The translations under genes were made by a program, and so were the position numbers. Below, in pieces: positions 38,050 to 47,155 of a stretch of DNA of 64,000 bases. Positions within the stretch are counted from its first letter, which is position 1; each line of letters starts with the position of its first letter. Origin of the DNA: Bryobacterales bacterium (lineage in GTDB: Bacteria; Acidobacteriota; Terriglobia; Bryobacterales; Bryobacteraceae); assembly GCA_027459465.1 (NCBI GenBank), contig DAIDIH010000410.1:21192-85191 (forward strand). Direction: 5' to 3'. Below the pieces are notes generated by a model, which was not told the origin of the DNA, did not search any database, and worked only from the letters and a program-made list of their open reading frames with translations.

Positions 38050-38460
38050 TCATTCCGAAGCCTCTTCGTCGAGACTCTCAAGAATTGGGCATTCCGCCAA
38101 GGGGCCGCACCCGTCGCACTGCTCAGTCAGTCCGCGCAAGGCTCTTTTCATTCTTTCGAGCGCCCGAATCTTTTGTTCGATATCGGCGAGCTTTGCGTCC
38201 GCCCGCGCGCGAATGTCGGCGCGCTTTGCCCCTGGCTTCATGCGAAGCGACAGCAACTCGCGTATCTCATTCAGGGAGAAGCCTAGTTCCTGCGCCCGTT
38301 TAATGAACCGCACCCGTCGCGCAGCCTCGCTCGGAAACATACGGTAGCCCGCTGGAGTCCGGGGCGGCTTGGGGAGAAGACCCTGCCGCTCGTAGTAGCG
38401 GATCGTTTCGAGGTTCACACCGCCCTGTTGCGCGAGGCGGCTAATCGTCAGCGTTTCCAT
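38050..38460 (-). CDS. MerR-family metal-responsive regulator (CueR-like C-terminus)
   Basis: Start at METLTISRLAQQGGVNLETIRYYERQGLL. C-terminal CDGCGPLAECPILESL. No Cys at the start of the dimerisation helix. Confidence 0.75.
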   Translation of the reverse strand: METLTISRLAQQGGVNLETIRYYERQGLLPKPPRTPAGYRMFPSEAARRVRFIKRAQELGFSLNEIRELLSLRMKPGAKRADIRARADAKLADIEQKIRALERMKRALRGLTEQCDGCGPLAECPILESLDEEASE

Positions 38461-38482
38461 CGCCTTCCTTGTCTCTGTCTGT

Positions 38483-38514
38483 AGTGTAAACCCCGTACCT
38501 AGGTACAGAGTCAA
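38483..38514 (-). promoter_or_regulatory. MerR-type promoter: TTGACT, 19-20 nt spacer with palindrome GTACCTAGGTAC, then TACACT
   Basis: Minus strand reads TTGACT CTGTACCTAGGTACGGGGTT TACACT. About 22 nt upstream of the regulator ATG. Confidence 0.6.
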
Positions 38515-38628
38515 GGGGAGATTTCGAGGAATTTATGGAATTTTAGCAGGAAGACGAAAGGATGAAGTTGGCCCGGAAGCAGACGCGCGCCGGGCGGTCC
38601 GAGGCGTGGGGGGTGGTTGTTGTTCTTG

Positions 38629-38675
38629 GAACCATAACCTTGCCGTTAAGCGGCAGAATTATGCGTTATGTCACA
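38629..38675. repeat. Right end of Tn7-like element A (inverted pair of sites ending ...GTCACA)
   Basis: gaaccataaccttgccg ttaag cggcagaattatg cgttatgtcaca. Same architecture as 49948-49992. Confidence 0.65.
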
Positions 38676-38690
38676 AGAAGGAATAATAAT

Positions 38691-38845
38691 TGTGACTTAA
38701 CCCATAAACTTGCCGCGTTGAGACCATAACTTCGCCGCGAAGAGGGCGCTCCTTGATAGCCAAATCAGTTCAGGATTGTTCCTGCGGAGTGGCGAGGAAG
38801 CATAATCCTGCCGAAAGCGCACGGTTGAGAAGCATATCCTTGCCG
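38691..38845 (+). repeat. Left-end array of four CATAAnCTTGCCG-type sites of element B
   Basis: Sites at 38701-15, 38720-42, 38797-813 and 38827-45, all in the same orientation. Confidence 0.7.
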
Positions 38846-38894
38846 CGAGCGCAGAGTTGCATGTACTATCGATTTAATTGTAGGATTGTGTTGT

Positions 38895-39506
38895 ATGCCT
38901 CGGAATCACCGCGATGCCCAACGGCGGCTCTTTGAGATCGCTGAAGGCCAGCAGGGTTTCTTCACCGCGAAGCAAGCGAAGGCTGCTGGTTTCGCCGAGA
39001 ACACCCACCCCTATCATGTGCAGGTCGGAAACTGGCTTCGCGAACATCGTGGGATCTACAGGCTCGCCCTTTTTCCGCCAGCGGAACATCCTGATCTGGT
39101 GAAGTGGGCGCTGTGGTCGAAGAATCGGGATGAGGTAATCGAAGGAGCCTACAGCCATCAGACCGCCCTGAGCCTATACGAGCTGTCGGATCTTAATCCG
39201 GCCAAGCTTCACATGACTGTTCCCACGCGTTTCCGGCGAAACAGCGAGGTTCCCGGCATCCTTGTGCTCCATTATGCGGACCTCCCCACCGAGGATGTCC
39301 AGACGGCACAGGGCTTCAAGTACACTCGGCCCCTGCGGACCATTCTCGATCTGATCGAAGCCGATAGTGTCGAGCGGACGTTTCTATGCCAGGCGCTGAG
39401 GCAGGCTCTCCATCGTGGATTGATCACGCGATCGGAGGTCAAACGTGTCAAGCTGCGCTCTCCAGCTCAGAGGCTGTTCCAGGATCTTCTGCGGCAGGTT
39501 GCGTAA
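38895..39506 (+). CDS. AbiEi-family antitoxin / transcriptional regulator
   Basis: GFFTAKQAKAAGFAENTHPYHVQVGNWLREHRGIYRL. TAATG overlap with the next gene. Confidence 0.65.
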   Translation: MPRNHRDAQRRLFEIAEGQQGFFTAKQAKAAGFAENTHPYHVQVGNWLREHRGIYRLALFPPAEHPDLVKWALWSKNRDEVIEGAYSHQTALSLYELSDLNPAKLHMTVPTRFRRNSEVPGILVLHYADLPTEDVQTAQGFKYTRPLRTILDLIEADSVERTFLCQALRQALHRGLITRSEVKRVKLRSPAQRLFQDLLRQVA

Positions 39507-40381
39507 TGCCGCGAGAGTATGCATCGGCGGATGCATTCCGCAGGGCGCTCGAAGTCCGTCTCAACAAGGCTGCCGAAACCGAACTGATTCAAGTAAATCG
39601 CTTGCGGCGCCAAGTGGCTTTTGACCGCCTGTTGGCGCGATTGTTTCGAATCGACCCAGTTCCCTGGGTGCTGAAGGGCGGCTACGCTTTGGAGCTTCGC
39701 TTCAGAACGGCGCGAGCGACGATCGATATTGACCTGACAGTGCAGAGAGTAGCGACCGCAGCGGAAGGCGATGCGAACCAGGTCCTGCGGGATATGCTTC
39801 AGGATGCCGCCAGCTTCAGCCTTGGAGATTGGTTTGAGTACACCATCGGTCCGCCGGTGCTAGATTTGGACGCGGCACCTTATGGCGGGGCTAGGTATCC
39901 CGTTGAAGCCCGTTTGGACGGGAGGATCTTCGCGCGCTTTCATCTGGACGCAGGTATTGGCGACGCAGTGATCCAACCAGTGGAGATTATCGAGTGCCGC
40001 GACTGGCTGAGTTTCGCAGGTATAGCCTCTGCGCGGGTTCAAACGATTTCGCAAGAGCAGCAGTTCGCCGAGAAACTCCACGCCTATACGCTGCCAAGGA
40101 GTTCCGCTAACAGCCGCGTGAAAGACCTTGTTGATCTTGCTCTTCTGATCGGATCTGATGGGCTCAACCCGAAGCGGACGGCGGATGCGGTGCATCTGAC
40201 ATTCGACCGAAGACGGACCCACGAGTTGCCACCAGCGCTGCTGGAACCGCCGCGGGATTGGCAGGGGCGCTTCCTGACGTTGGCCGAGGAATGCCAACTC
40301 GCAGGAGATATGGACACGGTGTTCCGCGACGTTGAGGGGTTCTTCGAGCGCACGATGAAGCATAGGGGAAGACGGAGCTAG
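39506..40381 (+). CDS. AbiEii/AbiGii-family nucleotidyltransferase toxin
   Basis: WVLKGGYALELRFRTARATIDIDLTV. Confidence 0.65.
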   Translation: MPREYASADAFRRALEVRLNKAAETELIQVNRLRRQVAFDRLLARLFRIDPVPWVLKGGYALELRFRTARATIDIDLTVQRVATAAEGDANQVLRDMLQDAASFSLGDWFEYTIGPPVLDLDAAPYGGARYPVEARLDGRIFARFHLDAGIGDAVIQPVEIIECRDWLSFAGIASARVQTISQEQQFAEKLHAYTLPRSSANSRVKDLVDLALLIGSDGLNPKRTADAVHLTFDRRRTHELPPALLEPPRDWQGRFLTLAEECQLAGDMDTVFRDVEGFFERTMKHRGRRS

Positions 40382-40389
40382 GTTGCAGT

Positions 40390-42855
40390 ATGGGCGAGCG
40401 GGATCCTAATACCGACCAACTGGAGACCATGCTCGCCGACTATCAGCGGCTGAAGGAGGAGAACGCCGCACTTCGCCGGCTCCTAGTTGAAAATGGAATC
40501 ACGATACCGGCGCCGCCGAAGAATTGCTCGCCACCTCCCGCGCAGCTACATGCGCAGGATGCGGGCGTCAATGAGCACTCGGGCAAAGAAGCAAAGATCG
40601 CCTTATTCCGCAGTTTGTTCCGAGGACGGGAAGATGTCTATGCGTTGCGTATGCGGTTCAAGAGCGGCGAGTGGGGTTATGTCCCGGCCTCAATCCGCGA
40701 TTGGAAGGCGGTCCTCTCTGCGGACGCGGCCCTTCGAAAGAAGGTCGACCAGAAGACCAGGAAGCTGTTGCCTCTCACAGACGAAGTACTGCGACAACAC
40801 TTGGAGGGCAAGCAGACCATCGGCGTCTATCCTTTGCTCGTAGACGAAACGTGCTGGTTTCTGGCCGCCGATTTTGACAAGAAAAGCTGGCAGGATGACG
40901 CCGCGGCATTCCTGGAAACGTGTCGTGAGCTGGGCGTATCGGCGGCACTTGAACGATCACGTTCGGGCAACGGCGGCCATCTCTGGATTTTCTTCGAGCG
41001 CGCCATCCCGGCGGCAACGGCGCGACAGCTCGGTAGTCTGATTCTCACCAGAACCATGGATCGGCGCCACCAGCTCGGGATGGACTCATACGACCGCTTC
41101 TTCCCCAACCAGGACACGATGCCAAAGGGCGGCTTTGGGAATCTCATCGCCCTCCCGCTGCAACGGATGCCGCGCCAGAACGACAACAGCGTGTTCCTCG
41201 ATTCGGATTTCTGTCCTCGTCTCGATCAATGGAAGTTTCTCTCGTGCGTACAGAAGATGGCGCCTGATTCCGTGGAAGCCCTCGTGCGTGAGGCCATGCG
41301 TACCGGCAGTGTAATCGGAGTTAGGATCAGCCTGGCGGATGAGGACGATGAGGCCGAGCCGTGGACCACGCCTCCCTCTAAACGGCGGATGCCAAAGCCG
41401 ATAGCCGGACCGCTCCCTGAACGCGTCGAGATTGTACGATCGAATCTTCTATACGTTGAGAAGAAAAATCTGCCGCCGGCGATGCTGAATCGCCTGTTGC
41501 GCCTGGCAGCGTTCCAGAACCCTGAGTTCTACAAGGCGCAGGCGATGCGCCTTTCCACATTCGGCAAGCCACGGATTATCTCGTGTGGCCAGGACTTTGC
41601 ACAGCATATTGCGCTGCCTCGCGGTTGCCTGGCGGAAGCCACAGCCTTGCTCGCGGATCACAAGATCAAAGTTGACTTCCGCGATGAGCGCTACCCCGGC
41701 ACTCCCATTGAAGCGAACTTCGACGGCCAACTGCGCACGTATCAAGAAGACGCTGTAGTCGGCATAGGCGATCACGACGATGGGATCCTGTGCGCGCCCA
41801 CAGCTTTCGGCAAAACAGCAGTTGCCGCTTGGCTGATCGCGAAACGAAAGGTGAACACGCTGGTTTTGGTCCACCGGCAACAGTTGCTCGACCAATGGCA
41901 TGAACGCCTGGCAATGTTTCTCGGGCTGCCACCGAACTCGATCGGGCAGATCGGCGGTGGAAAATCGGACCGGACCGGCTGCATCGATGTAGCGGTGATT
42001 CAAAGTCTCCACCGGAAAGACGAAGTGAAGGATTTCGTTGCTGAATACGGGCAAGTGATCGTGGATGAATGCCACCACATCTCCGCCTTCACGTTCGAAC
42101 AGGTGATGAAACAGGTGAAGGCAAGATACGTAGTTGGTCTGACGGCTACGCCGACGCGAAAGGACGGCCATCATCCGATCATCTACATGCAATGCGGTCC
42201 GATCCGGTTCAACATGAGCGCCCGGACCATGACCGAAGCGACGCCTTTCGAGCATAAGGTCATCCCACGTCATACCGATTTCCGGATGCCGGCCGAGATG
42301 ACGGATGTGGCGATTCAGGATGTCTATGCGGCCTTGGTCAGCGATTCGGCGCGCAACGCGATGATCGCCGGCGATCTCAGACGGGCCTTGGAGGCTGGAC
42401 GTTCGCCGCTCTTGCTCACCGGCCGAAAGGAGCATCTCCAGTTCTTCGCCACGGAAGTGGAAGGATTCGCCAAGCATATTTTCGTGCTCAAGGGCGGTAT
42501 GGGTAAGAAGCAACGTCGAACGATCGCGGAGGCGCTCGCGGCCGCCCCTGAAACCGAAGGCCGCGTGATTATCGCGACCGGCAGTTACATTGGTGAAGGC
42601 TTTGATGACGCGCGCCTCGATACTCTCTTTCTGGCTATGCCGATTTCGTGGAAAGGCACGCTGCAGCAGTACGTGGGGCGGCTACATAGGCTCCACGATG
42701 GCAAACGTGTTGTGCAGGTCTACGACTACATCGACCCGAATGTGCCGATGCTGGCCAGGATGTATGAACGACGGCAAAGAGGCTACGACGCCATCGGATA
42801 CACCATCGAACGTCCGCAGGCAGACTTGCTTAGCACCAACACCGCACAGATTTGA
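40390..42855 (+). CDS. Archaeo-eukaryotic-primase-like domain fused to a DEAD/DEAH SF2 helicase (resembles TOTE conflict-system primase proteins)
   Basis: LFRSLFRGREDVYA..IGVYPLLVDETCWFLAADFDKKSW..ERSRSGNGGHLWIFF..SYDRFFPNQDTMPKGGFGNLIALPLQ, then CAPTAFGKT, VIVDECHH, GLTATPTRKDG. Confidence 0.65.
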   Translation: MGERDPNTDQLETMLADYQRLKEENAALRRLLVENGITIPAPPKNCSPPPAQLHAQDAGVNEHSGKEAKIALFRSLFRGREDVYALRMRFKSGEWGYVPASIRDWKAVLSADAALRKKVDQKTRKLLPLTDEVLRQHLEGKQTIGVYPLLVDETCWFLAADFDKKSWQDDAAAFLETCRELGVSAALERSRSGNGGHLWIFFERAIPAATARQLGSLILTRTMDRRHQLGMDSYDRFFPNQDTMPKGGFGNLIALPLQRMPRQNDNSVFLDSDFCPRLDQWKFLSCVQKMAPDSVEALVREAMRTGSVIGVRISLADEDDEAEPWTTPPSKRRMPKPIAGPLPERVEIVRSNLLYVEKKNLPPAMLNRLLRLAAFQNPEFYKAQAMRLSTFGKPRIISCGQDFAQHIALPRGCLAEATALLADHKIKVDFRDERYPGTPIEANFDGQLRTYQEDAVVGIGDHDDGILCAPTAFGKTAVAAWLIAKRKVNTLVLVHRQQLLDQWHERLAMFLGLPPNSIGQIGGGKSDRTGCIDVAVIQSLHRKDEVKDFVAEYGQVIVDECHHISAFTFEQVMKQVKARYVVGLTATPTRKDGHHPIIYMQCGPIRFNMSARTMTEATPFEHKVIPRHTDFRMPAEMTDVAIQDVYAALVSDSARNAMIAGDLRRALEAGRSPLLLTGRKEHLQFFATEVEGFAKHIFVLKGGMGKKQRRTIAEALAAAPETEGRVIIATGSYIGEGFDDARLDTLFLAMPISWKGTLQQYVGRLHRLHDGKRVVQVYDYIDPNVPMLARMYERRQRGYDAIGYTIERPQADLLSTNTAQI

Positions 42856-42920
42856 GCCTCAAAACATTTCACATTGATCTTGTTTCTTCTTGTGTACGTG
42901 TGCTAGTATGCACCTATACG

Positions 42921-43256
42921 ATGCCGCTTAAAGGGTCGCCGGAAGACGTAAAACGCTGGTTTCAGGAGGCCACTCGCGGCCTGTGGCCTGTAGCGGCAGG
43001 ATCGCTGTCTTTTCGTAAGAGTCCCTGTATCCGGTCGCATTGCGGCCTTTGTGAATCAGGACAGGGACATTCCAGCTACGCGCTCTATGGAAAAAAGGGC
43101 AAGCGGCGTTTTTCAATCTATGTACCGGAGGAGTTGGCGCCAGACGTTGAGCGGGCCATCCGGAACGGGCGCAGCCTTCAACAGCTGATTGCGGAAGCCG
43201 GTCGAAGGTACGCATTGGCGTTGAAGGGAGAGCGTCGCTCACGGGACCACCGCTAG
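42921..43256 (+). CDS. Small Cys/His protein, DUF6788-like
   Basis: AAGSLSFRKSPCIRSHCGLCESGQGHSSYALYGKKGKRRFSIYVPEE. Confidence 0.5.
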   Translation: MPLKGSPEDVKRWFQEATRGLWPVAAGSLSFRKSPCIRSHCGLCESGQGHSSYALYGKKGKRRFSIYVPEELAPDVERAIRNGRSLQQLIAEAGRRYALALKGERRSRDHR

Positions 43257-43274
43257 ACACCAGGAGGTAGCGGT

Positions 43275-45983
43275 TTGTTAAGCGAAGCGGATTTCAGTGC
43301 TTGGTGCGGTCGGCTCAGGCTGAGCGCAAAGTGCTGCGAGATCGTCTCCGACGTGCGATCCCGGCCTCCTACTCGCCGCGTTGGCGGCGGGCGCAGCAAT
43401 GTAAGCGGGCGCTATCCCAGTCGGAAGATGGGAGTCACCATTCAGTTTGAAAGCCATCGCGTCGAGCTGCCCGCCATCTATGAAATGGAACACGACCCGA
43501 GCGTCTTGGAGTATTACGATCAGCCGCCGTCGATTTCGCTCGCCTACGCTTCCGCCAACGAAAGACGGCTTTCCGTCCTCCACACGCCGGACTTCTTTGC
43601 GATTCGAGCCGACGCGGCGGGCTGGGAAGAGTGCAAGACTGAACAGGATTTGGAAAAGCTCGCCGAGAAGAGCCCCAATAGGTACCGGCGGGACTCGAAT
43701 GGCGGCTGGCAGTGTCCTCCGGGCGAAAGCTACGCAACCCAGTTCGGCCTCTATTACCGCGTCCGCTCGTCCGACGCCATCAACTGGACACTCCAACAGA
43801 ATCTTCAGTTCCTGGAAGACTATTTCCGATTTGACGCGATGGCCATCAGCCCGAGGTCGCGCGAAGCTGTCGCTGCTGAGATTGCGCGGCAACCGGGACT
43901 CGTTTTGAGCGATTTGATTGATCGAACGAAAGAGGTGGCGAGCCGAGATGATATCTATGTGATGATTGCCGCGGGGGAGATCTTCGCGGACCTCGGCGCC
44001 GCCGCGATTGCACAACCCGCCGCCGTCGCCATGTTCGCTAATGCTGAAATGAGCGCCGCAATCCGGCGGATTGACGGATCACTGAGCGCAGCGACGGGGA
44101 AGGTGGAAATCGCAGTAGAGCCCGGCGCGCCGGTTTCGTGGGATGGCACGGAGTGGCGAATCGTGAACGTGGGCGACCGGAACATCAGCCTGCTTGGCGT
44201 CAATGGGGCGCTTACGGAGTTGCCCCGCGACACCTTCGACAGATTGCTGTCGGTTGGGTCTTTGAAGAATGCCGCAGCCGGATCACCACAGCTTTCAGAA
44301 GCGACCAGGATTCTGAGTGGCGCCAACGAAGCCGATCTTCGCGAAGCGAACAGGCGTTTCGATTTGGTGAGGAAGCATATCAATGGCGAACGCCTGTCCG
44401 TGCCGTTGCGAACGATACGATTTTGGACGGCTCTGTATCGAGCTGCGCAAGAAAAAGATGGCAGCGGATATCTCGGCCTGCTTCCAAGGGCCCGCTTTCG
44501 AGGCAACCGTACGAGCAGACTTTCACAAAAGGCTCAAGCGCTCACCGAGGAGTGGATTGCAAAGGATTACGAAAGCCTTAAGCAGAGATCCAGGCGCTCG
44601 TCATGGGCCCTACTGAAGGCGAGATGCGAGGAGCAGGACCTCCAGGCGCCCAGCTATAAGACGTTTTGCTTATGGGTGCGGAAGCGCCCCGTTTTCGAGC
44701 AGACCTTGAAGAGACAAGGTCCGCGCGCCGCGTACGCTCATGCCGCCATCTACCTCGAACTGAGTGGCACGACACCCCGCCACGGGGACCGACCCTTCGA
44801 GATCGCCCATATCGATCACACTGAGTTGGATGTCGAGTTGGTGTGCTCACAGACAGGCCGCCTGCTCGGGCGTCCGTGGCTGACGCTCCTCACGGACGCT
44901 TATTCGCGCCGTGGACTGGCGTTCTACCTGACATTCGACCCGCCGAGCTATCGGTCCTGCATGATGATCTTGCGCGAGTGCGTGCGCAGGCATGCACGAT
45001 TGCCGCAAATCATCGTGATCGATGGAGGCGCGGAGTTCCAGAGCACCTATTTCGAAACGCTCCTGGCTCGGTACGAGTGCATCAAAAAGACCAGGCCGCC
45101 GGCCAAGGCGCGCTTTGGCGCAGTTTGCGAACGCCTGTTCGGAACCACCAACACGCAGTTCATCCATAATCTTCGAGGCAATACGCAGATAACCCGCAAT
45201 GTTCGACAGGTGACCCGGTCTGTCAACCCGAAGGCGCTTGCGGCCTGGACACTCAGTGAGCTTTACGATCGCACCTCTGAGTACCTGTACGAGGTTTATG
45301 AGATGAGTGACCATCCGGCCTTGGGGCAAAGTCCCCGACAAGCTTTTCAGGCGGGATTGGAAGCTGGCGGGCTTCGCCCGCAGCGGATGATCCCGTATGA
45401 CCAAGAGTTCCTGGTCGCCACGCTTCCTACGACCCCGAAGGGAACAGCCGTTGTTGCAGCGGGCCGCGGCGTGAAGATCAATCATATTTACTACTGGTCG
45501 GGCAACTTCCGGGAGCCCGGCGTCGAGAATGAGACGGTCCCAGTCCGTTACGACCCATTTGATGCGGGAACGGCATACGCGTTTGTTGGGAAGCAATGGG
45601 TGGTATGCCAGTCGGAGCACTTCGCAGCGTTCCGGGGACGATCTGAAAAGGAGGTGCTGATCGCGAGCCGGGAGATCCAGAAGCGAAGACAAGAACACTC
45701 ACGCCATGGTGGAATCACCGCCCGCCGGCTGGCAGATTTCCTGGTTTCGGTCGAGTCTGACGAAGCGCTGCTTCAACAGCGCTTCAGAGATCGTGAGAGT
45801 ACAGCCGTGCGTGGTGGCATGATAGTTGACCATCCGGCTTTGGAAGTAGTTGAACAACATCAGTCCCGCCCTGAGCTGGACGATCACGCCGCCCTCACAA
45901 CCAATCTGCAGGCGTACCGGCCTGCGCTTCTTGACATTATCGCCACTCAAGCAGGTCTTCTGTCGACAATCCTTGTTCCGTAA
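43275..45983 (+). CDS. TnsA-TnsB fusion transposase (restriction-fold endonuclease N-domain + DDE/rve core)
   Basis: N-domain FESHRVELPAIYEMEHDPSVLEYYDQPP...LHTPDFFAIRADAAGWEECK. Core IAHIDHTELDV..LLTDAYSRR..IVIDGGAEFQS...CERLFGT. 902 aa. Confidence 0.75.
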   Translation: MLSEADFSAWCGRLRLSAKCCEIVSDVRSRPPTRRVGGGRSNVSGRYPSRKMGVTIQFESHRVELPAIYEMEHDPSVLEYYDQPPSISLAYASANERRLSVLHTPDFFAIRADAAGWEECKTEQDLEKLAEKSPNRYRRDSNGGWQCPPGESYATQFGLYYRVRSSDAINWTLQQNLQFLEDYFRFDAMAISPRSREAVAAEIARQPGLVLSDLIDRTKEVASRDDIYVMIAAGEIFADLGAAAIAQPAAVAMFANAEMSAAIRRIDGSLSAATGKVEIAVEPGAPVSWDGTEWRIVNVGDRNISLLGVNGALTELPRDTFDRLLSVGSLKNAAAGSPQLSEATRILSGANEADLREANRRFDLVRKHINGERLSVPLRTIRFWTALYRAAQEKDGSGYLGLLPRARFRGNRTSRLSQKAQALTEEWIAKDYESLKQRSRRSSWALLKARCEEQDLQAPSYKTFCLWVRKRPVFEQTLKRQGPRAAYAHAAIYLELSGTTPRHGDRPFEIAHIDHTELDVELVCSQTGRLLGRPWLTLLTDAYSRRGLAFYLTFDPPSYRSCMMILRECVRRHARLPQIIVIDGGAEFQSTYFETLLARYECIKKTRPPAKARFGAVCERLFGTTNTQFIHNLRGNTQITRNVRQVTRSVNPKALAAWTLSELYDRTSEYLYEVYEMSDHPALGQSPRQAFQAGLEAGGLRPQRMIPYDQEFLVATLPTTPKGTAVVAAGRGVKINHIYYWSGNFREPGVENETVPVRYDPFDAGTAYAFVGKQWVVCQSEHFAAFRGRSEKEVLIASREIQKRRQEHSRHGGITARRLADFLVSVESDEALLQQRFRDRESTAVRGGMIVDHPALEVVEQHQSRPELDDHAALTTNLQAYRPALLDIIATQAGLLSTILVP

Positions 45984-46241
45984 AATCCAGGCGTGGTGCC
46001 CTGCGTGCTTTGAAGATTGGCGACAGAGCGGCTCGTTGCTGTACTTGCCCCTATTGTGGGCTTTACGGATGGTCACTATGTGCGTGAAGCACAGGCGTCC
46101 GCTGTCGGACATGTGCCCTCACTGCGGACGGCATTTCGGACCGCTTAATGCCCGGAGCAGGCCCGGTTATTGCTCGCGCTGCCGGCGGTGGCTTGGTCAA
46201 AGTTCAACGGCGTCGCAACAGGACTTCAGGCAAGTGCGGTG
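45850..46241 (+). pseudogene. TniQ/TnsD-like target selector, 5' fragment; its own N-terminus is missing and it is cut by IS66
   Basis: IQAWCPACFEDW...CVKHRRPLSDMCPHCGRHF...YCSRCRRWL zinc-finger region. The frame opens inside the tnsAB 3' end. Confidence 0.6.
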
Positions 46242-46249
46242 GTATTTGT

Positions 46250-47134
46250 TTACCGTGTGAGATTGCCGCTTAACCGCTGTCGCGCGGCCGCCGCGAGCGG
46301 ATAAACATAGATGTCTTTGACTGCCTGACCATGAGCTTTGTGCTCGCGGTCCATGCGACCGCGTCCGGTGGTTTGCCCGATATAGATCCAGTTGGCAGCC
46401 CGATAGCACGTCCCGCGAAAACGAGTCGGATCCACCAGCGTTTCCAGCAGCAGGGGACGACACCCATATCGGATCTCCCAATCGCGCGGCATTTGCCGGG
46501 CACTCAGTGCCAGGATTTTGCTGGCCAGTCCTTTGACTTGCACCCAAGGCAGCATCAGAAATCGGCCATTGTTCACGATCGACTGGAGATTGTGTCGCCG
46601 CTGCTCGTCGCTCCAGCCGATCCAGACATCCCGCGCCTGCATCTTCCAAGCCGGCGAGGTCCAGAGCAGACACGCCAACTCCCGGTCGCGATTCCGCACC
46701 CAATAGCGCAGGTGTGCGCCGAACGGCACACGGCATCCCAGATAGTGATACCGTTCCATCTGCTCGCGCCACCGGCGGCTCTCGGCTGGTCCTTCCACCA
46801 GAGCCAGTTCCAGGGGCTCGCATTCGCGGGCGGCGCCTGCCACCGGTGTGGGTTCCCAGTGCGGCCGGGATCCATCCGCCCGCCGTGGACCTCTCCCGCC
46901 CCGTTGGCGCAGCTCGGGAAGTTGCAAGAACCCTTCGCCCTGGAGCCGCTCCAGCAGTTGCCGGCACTCGTGGTTCTTCAACCCTCCGTTGGGCCGTGTC
47001 CAGTTCAGCAATTCGCACACGGTACGCGCGATTTCGGTGACTCCCAGGGCAGAAAACTCGCGCGCCATCTGGCGTATCAACTCCAGTTCGTCGGCGCGAA
47101 ACGTGCGGCCGCAAAAGGTCAGGGATTCGGGCAT
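46250..47134 (-). CDS. DUF4338-domain protein (DruA-like)
   Basis: YHYLGCRVPFGAHLRYWV..LLWTSPAWKMQARDVWIGW..NNGRFLMLPWVQVKGLASKIL..LLETLVDPTRFRGTCYRAANWIYIGQTTGRGR. Confidence 0.65.
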   Translation of the reverse strand: MPESLTFCGRTFRADELELIRQMAREFSALGVTEIARTVCELLNWTRPNGGLKNHECRQLLERLQGEGFLQLPELRQRGGRGPRRADGSRPHWEPTPVAGAARECEPLELALVEGPAESRRWREQMERYHYLGCRVPFGAHLRYWVRNRDRELACLLWTSPAWKMQARDVWIGWSDEQRRHNLQSIVNNGRFLMLPWVQVKGLASKILALSARQMPRDWEIRYGCRPLLLETLVDPTRFRGTCYRAANWIYIGQTTGRGRMDREHKAHGQAVKDIYVYPLAAAARQRLSGNLTR

Positions 47135-47155
47135 GGAAGGGGAGAAAGGCGCGGC

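Larger units (their letters stand above)
32024..38675. mobile_element. Tn7-like element A: no transposition genes, terminal part of the left end missing, metal-resistance cargo
   Basis: The right end at 38629-38675 is 21/25 identical to the element B terminus. The left side keeps three subterminal sites in the same arrangement as element B, but not the TGTGAC terminus. Confidence 0.5.

Noticed and set aside
46250-47134. The DruA-like DUF4338 protein as evidence for a Druantia defence system
   Set aside because: It lies inside the boundaries of an IS66-type element, with only a transposase as partner. No DruB-E-like large genes or DruE helicase are adjacent.
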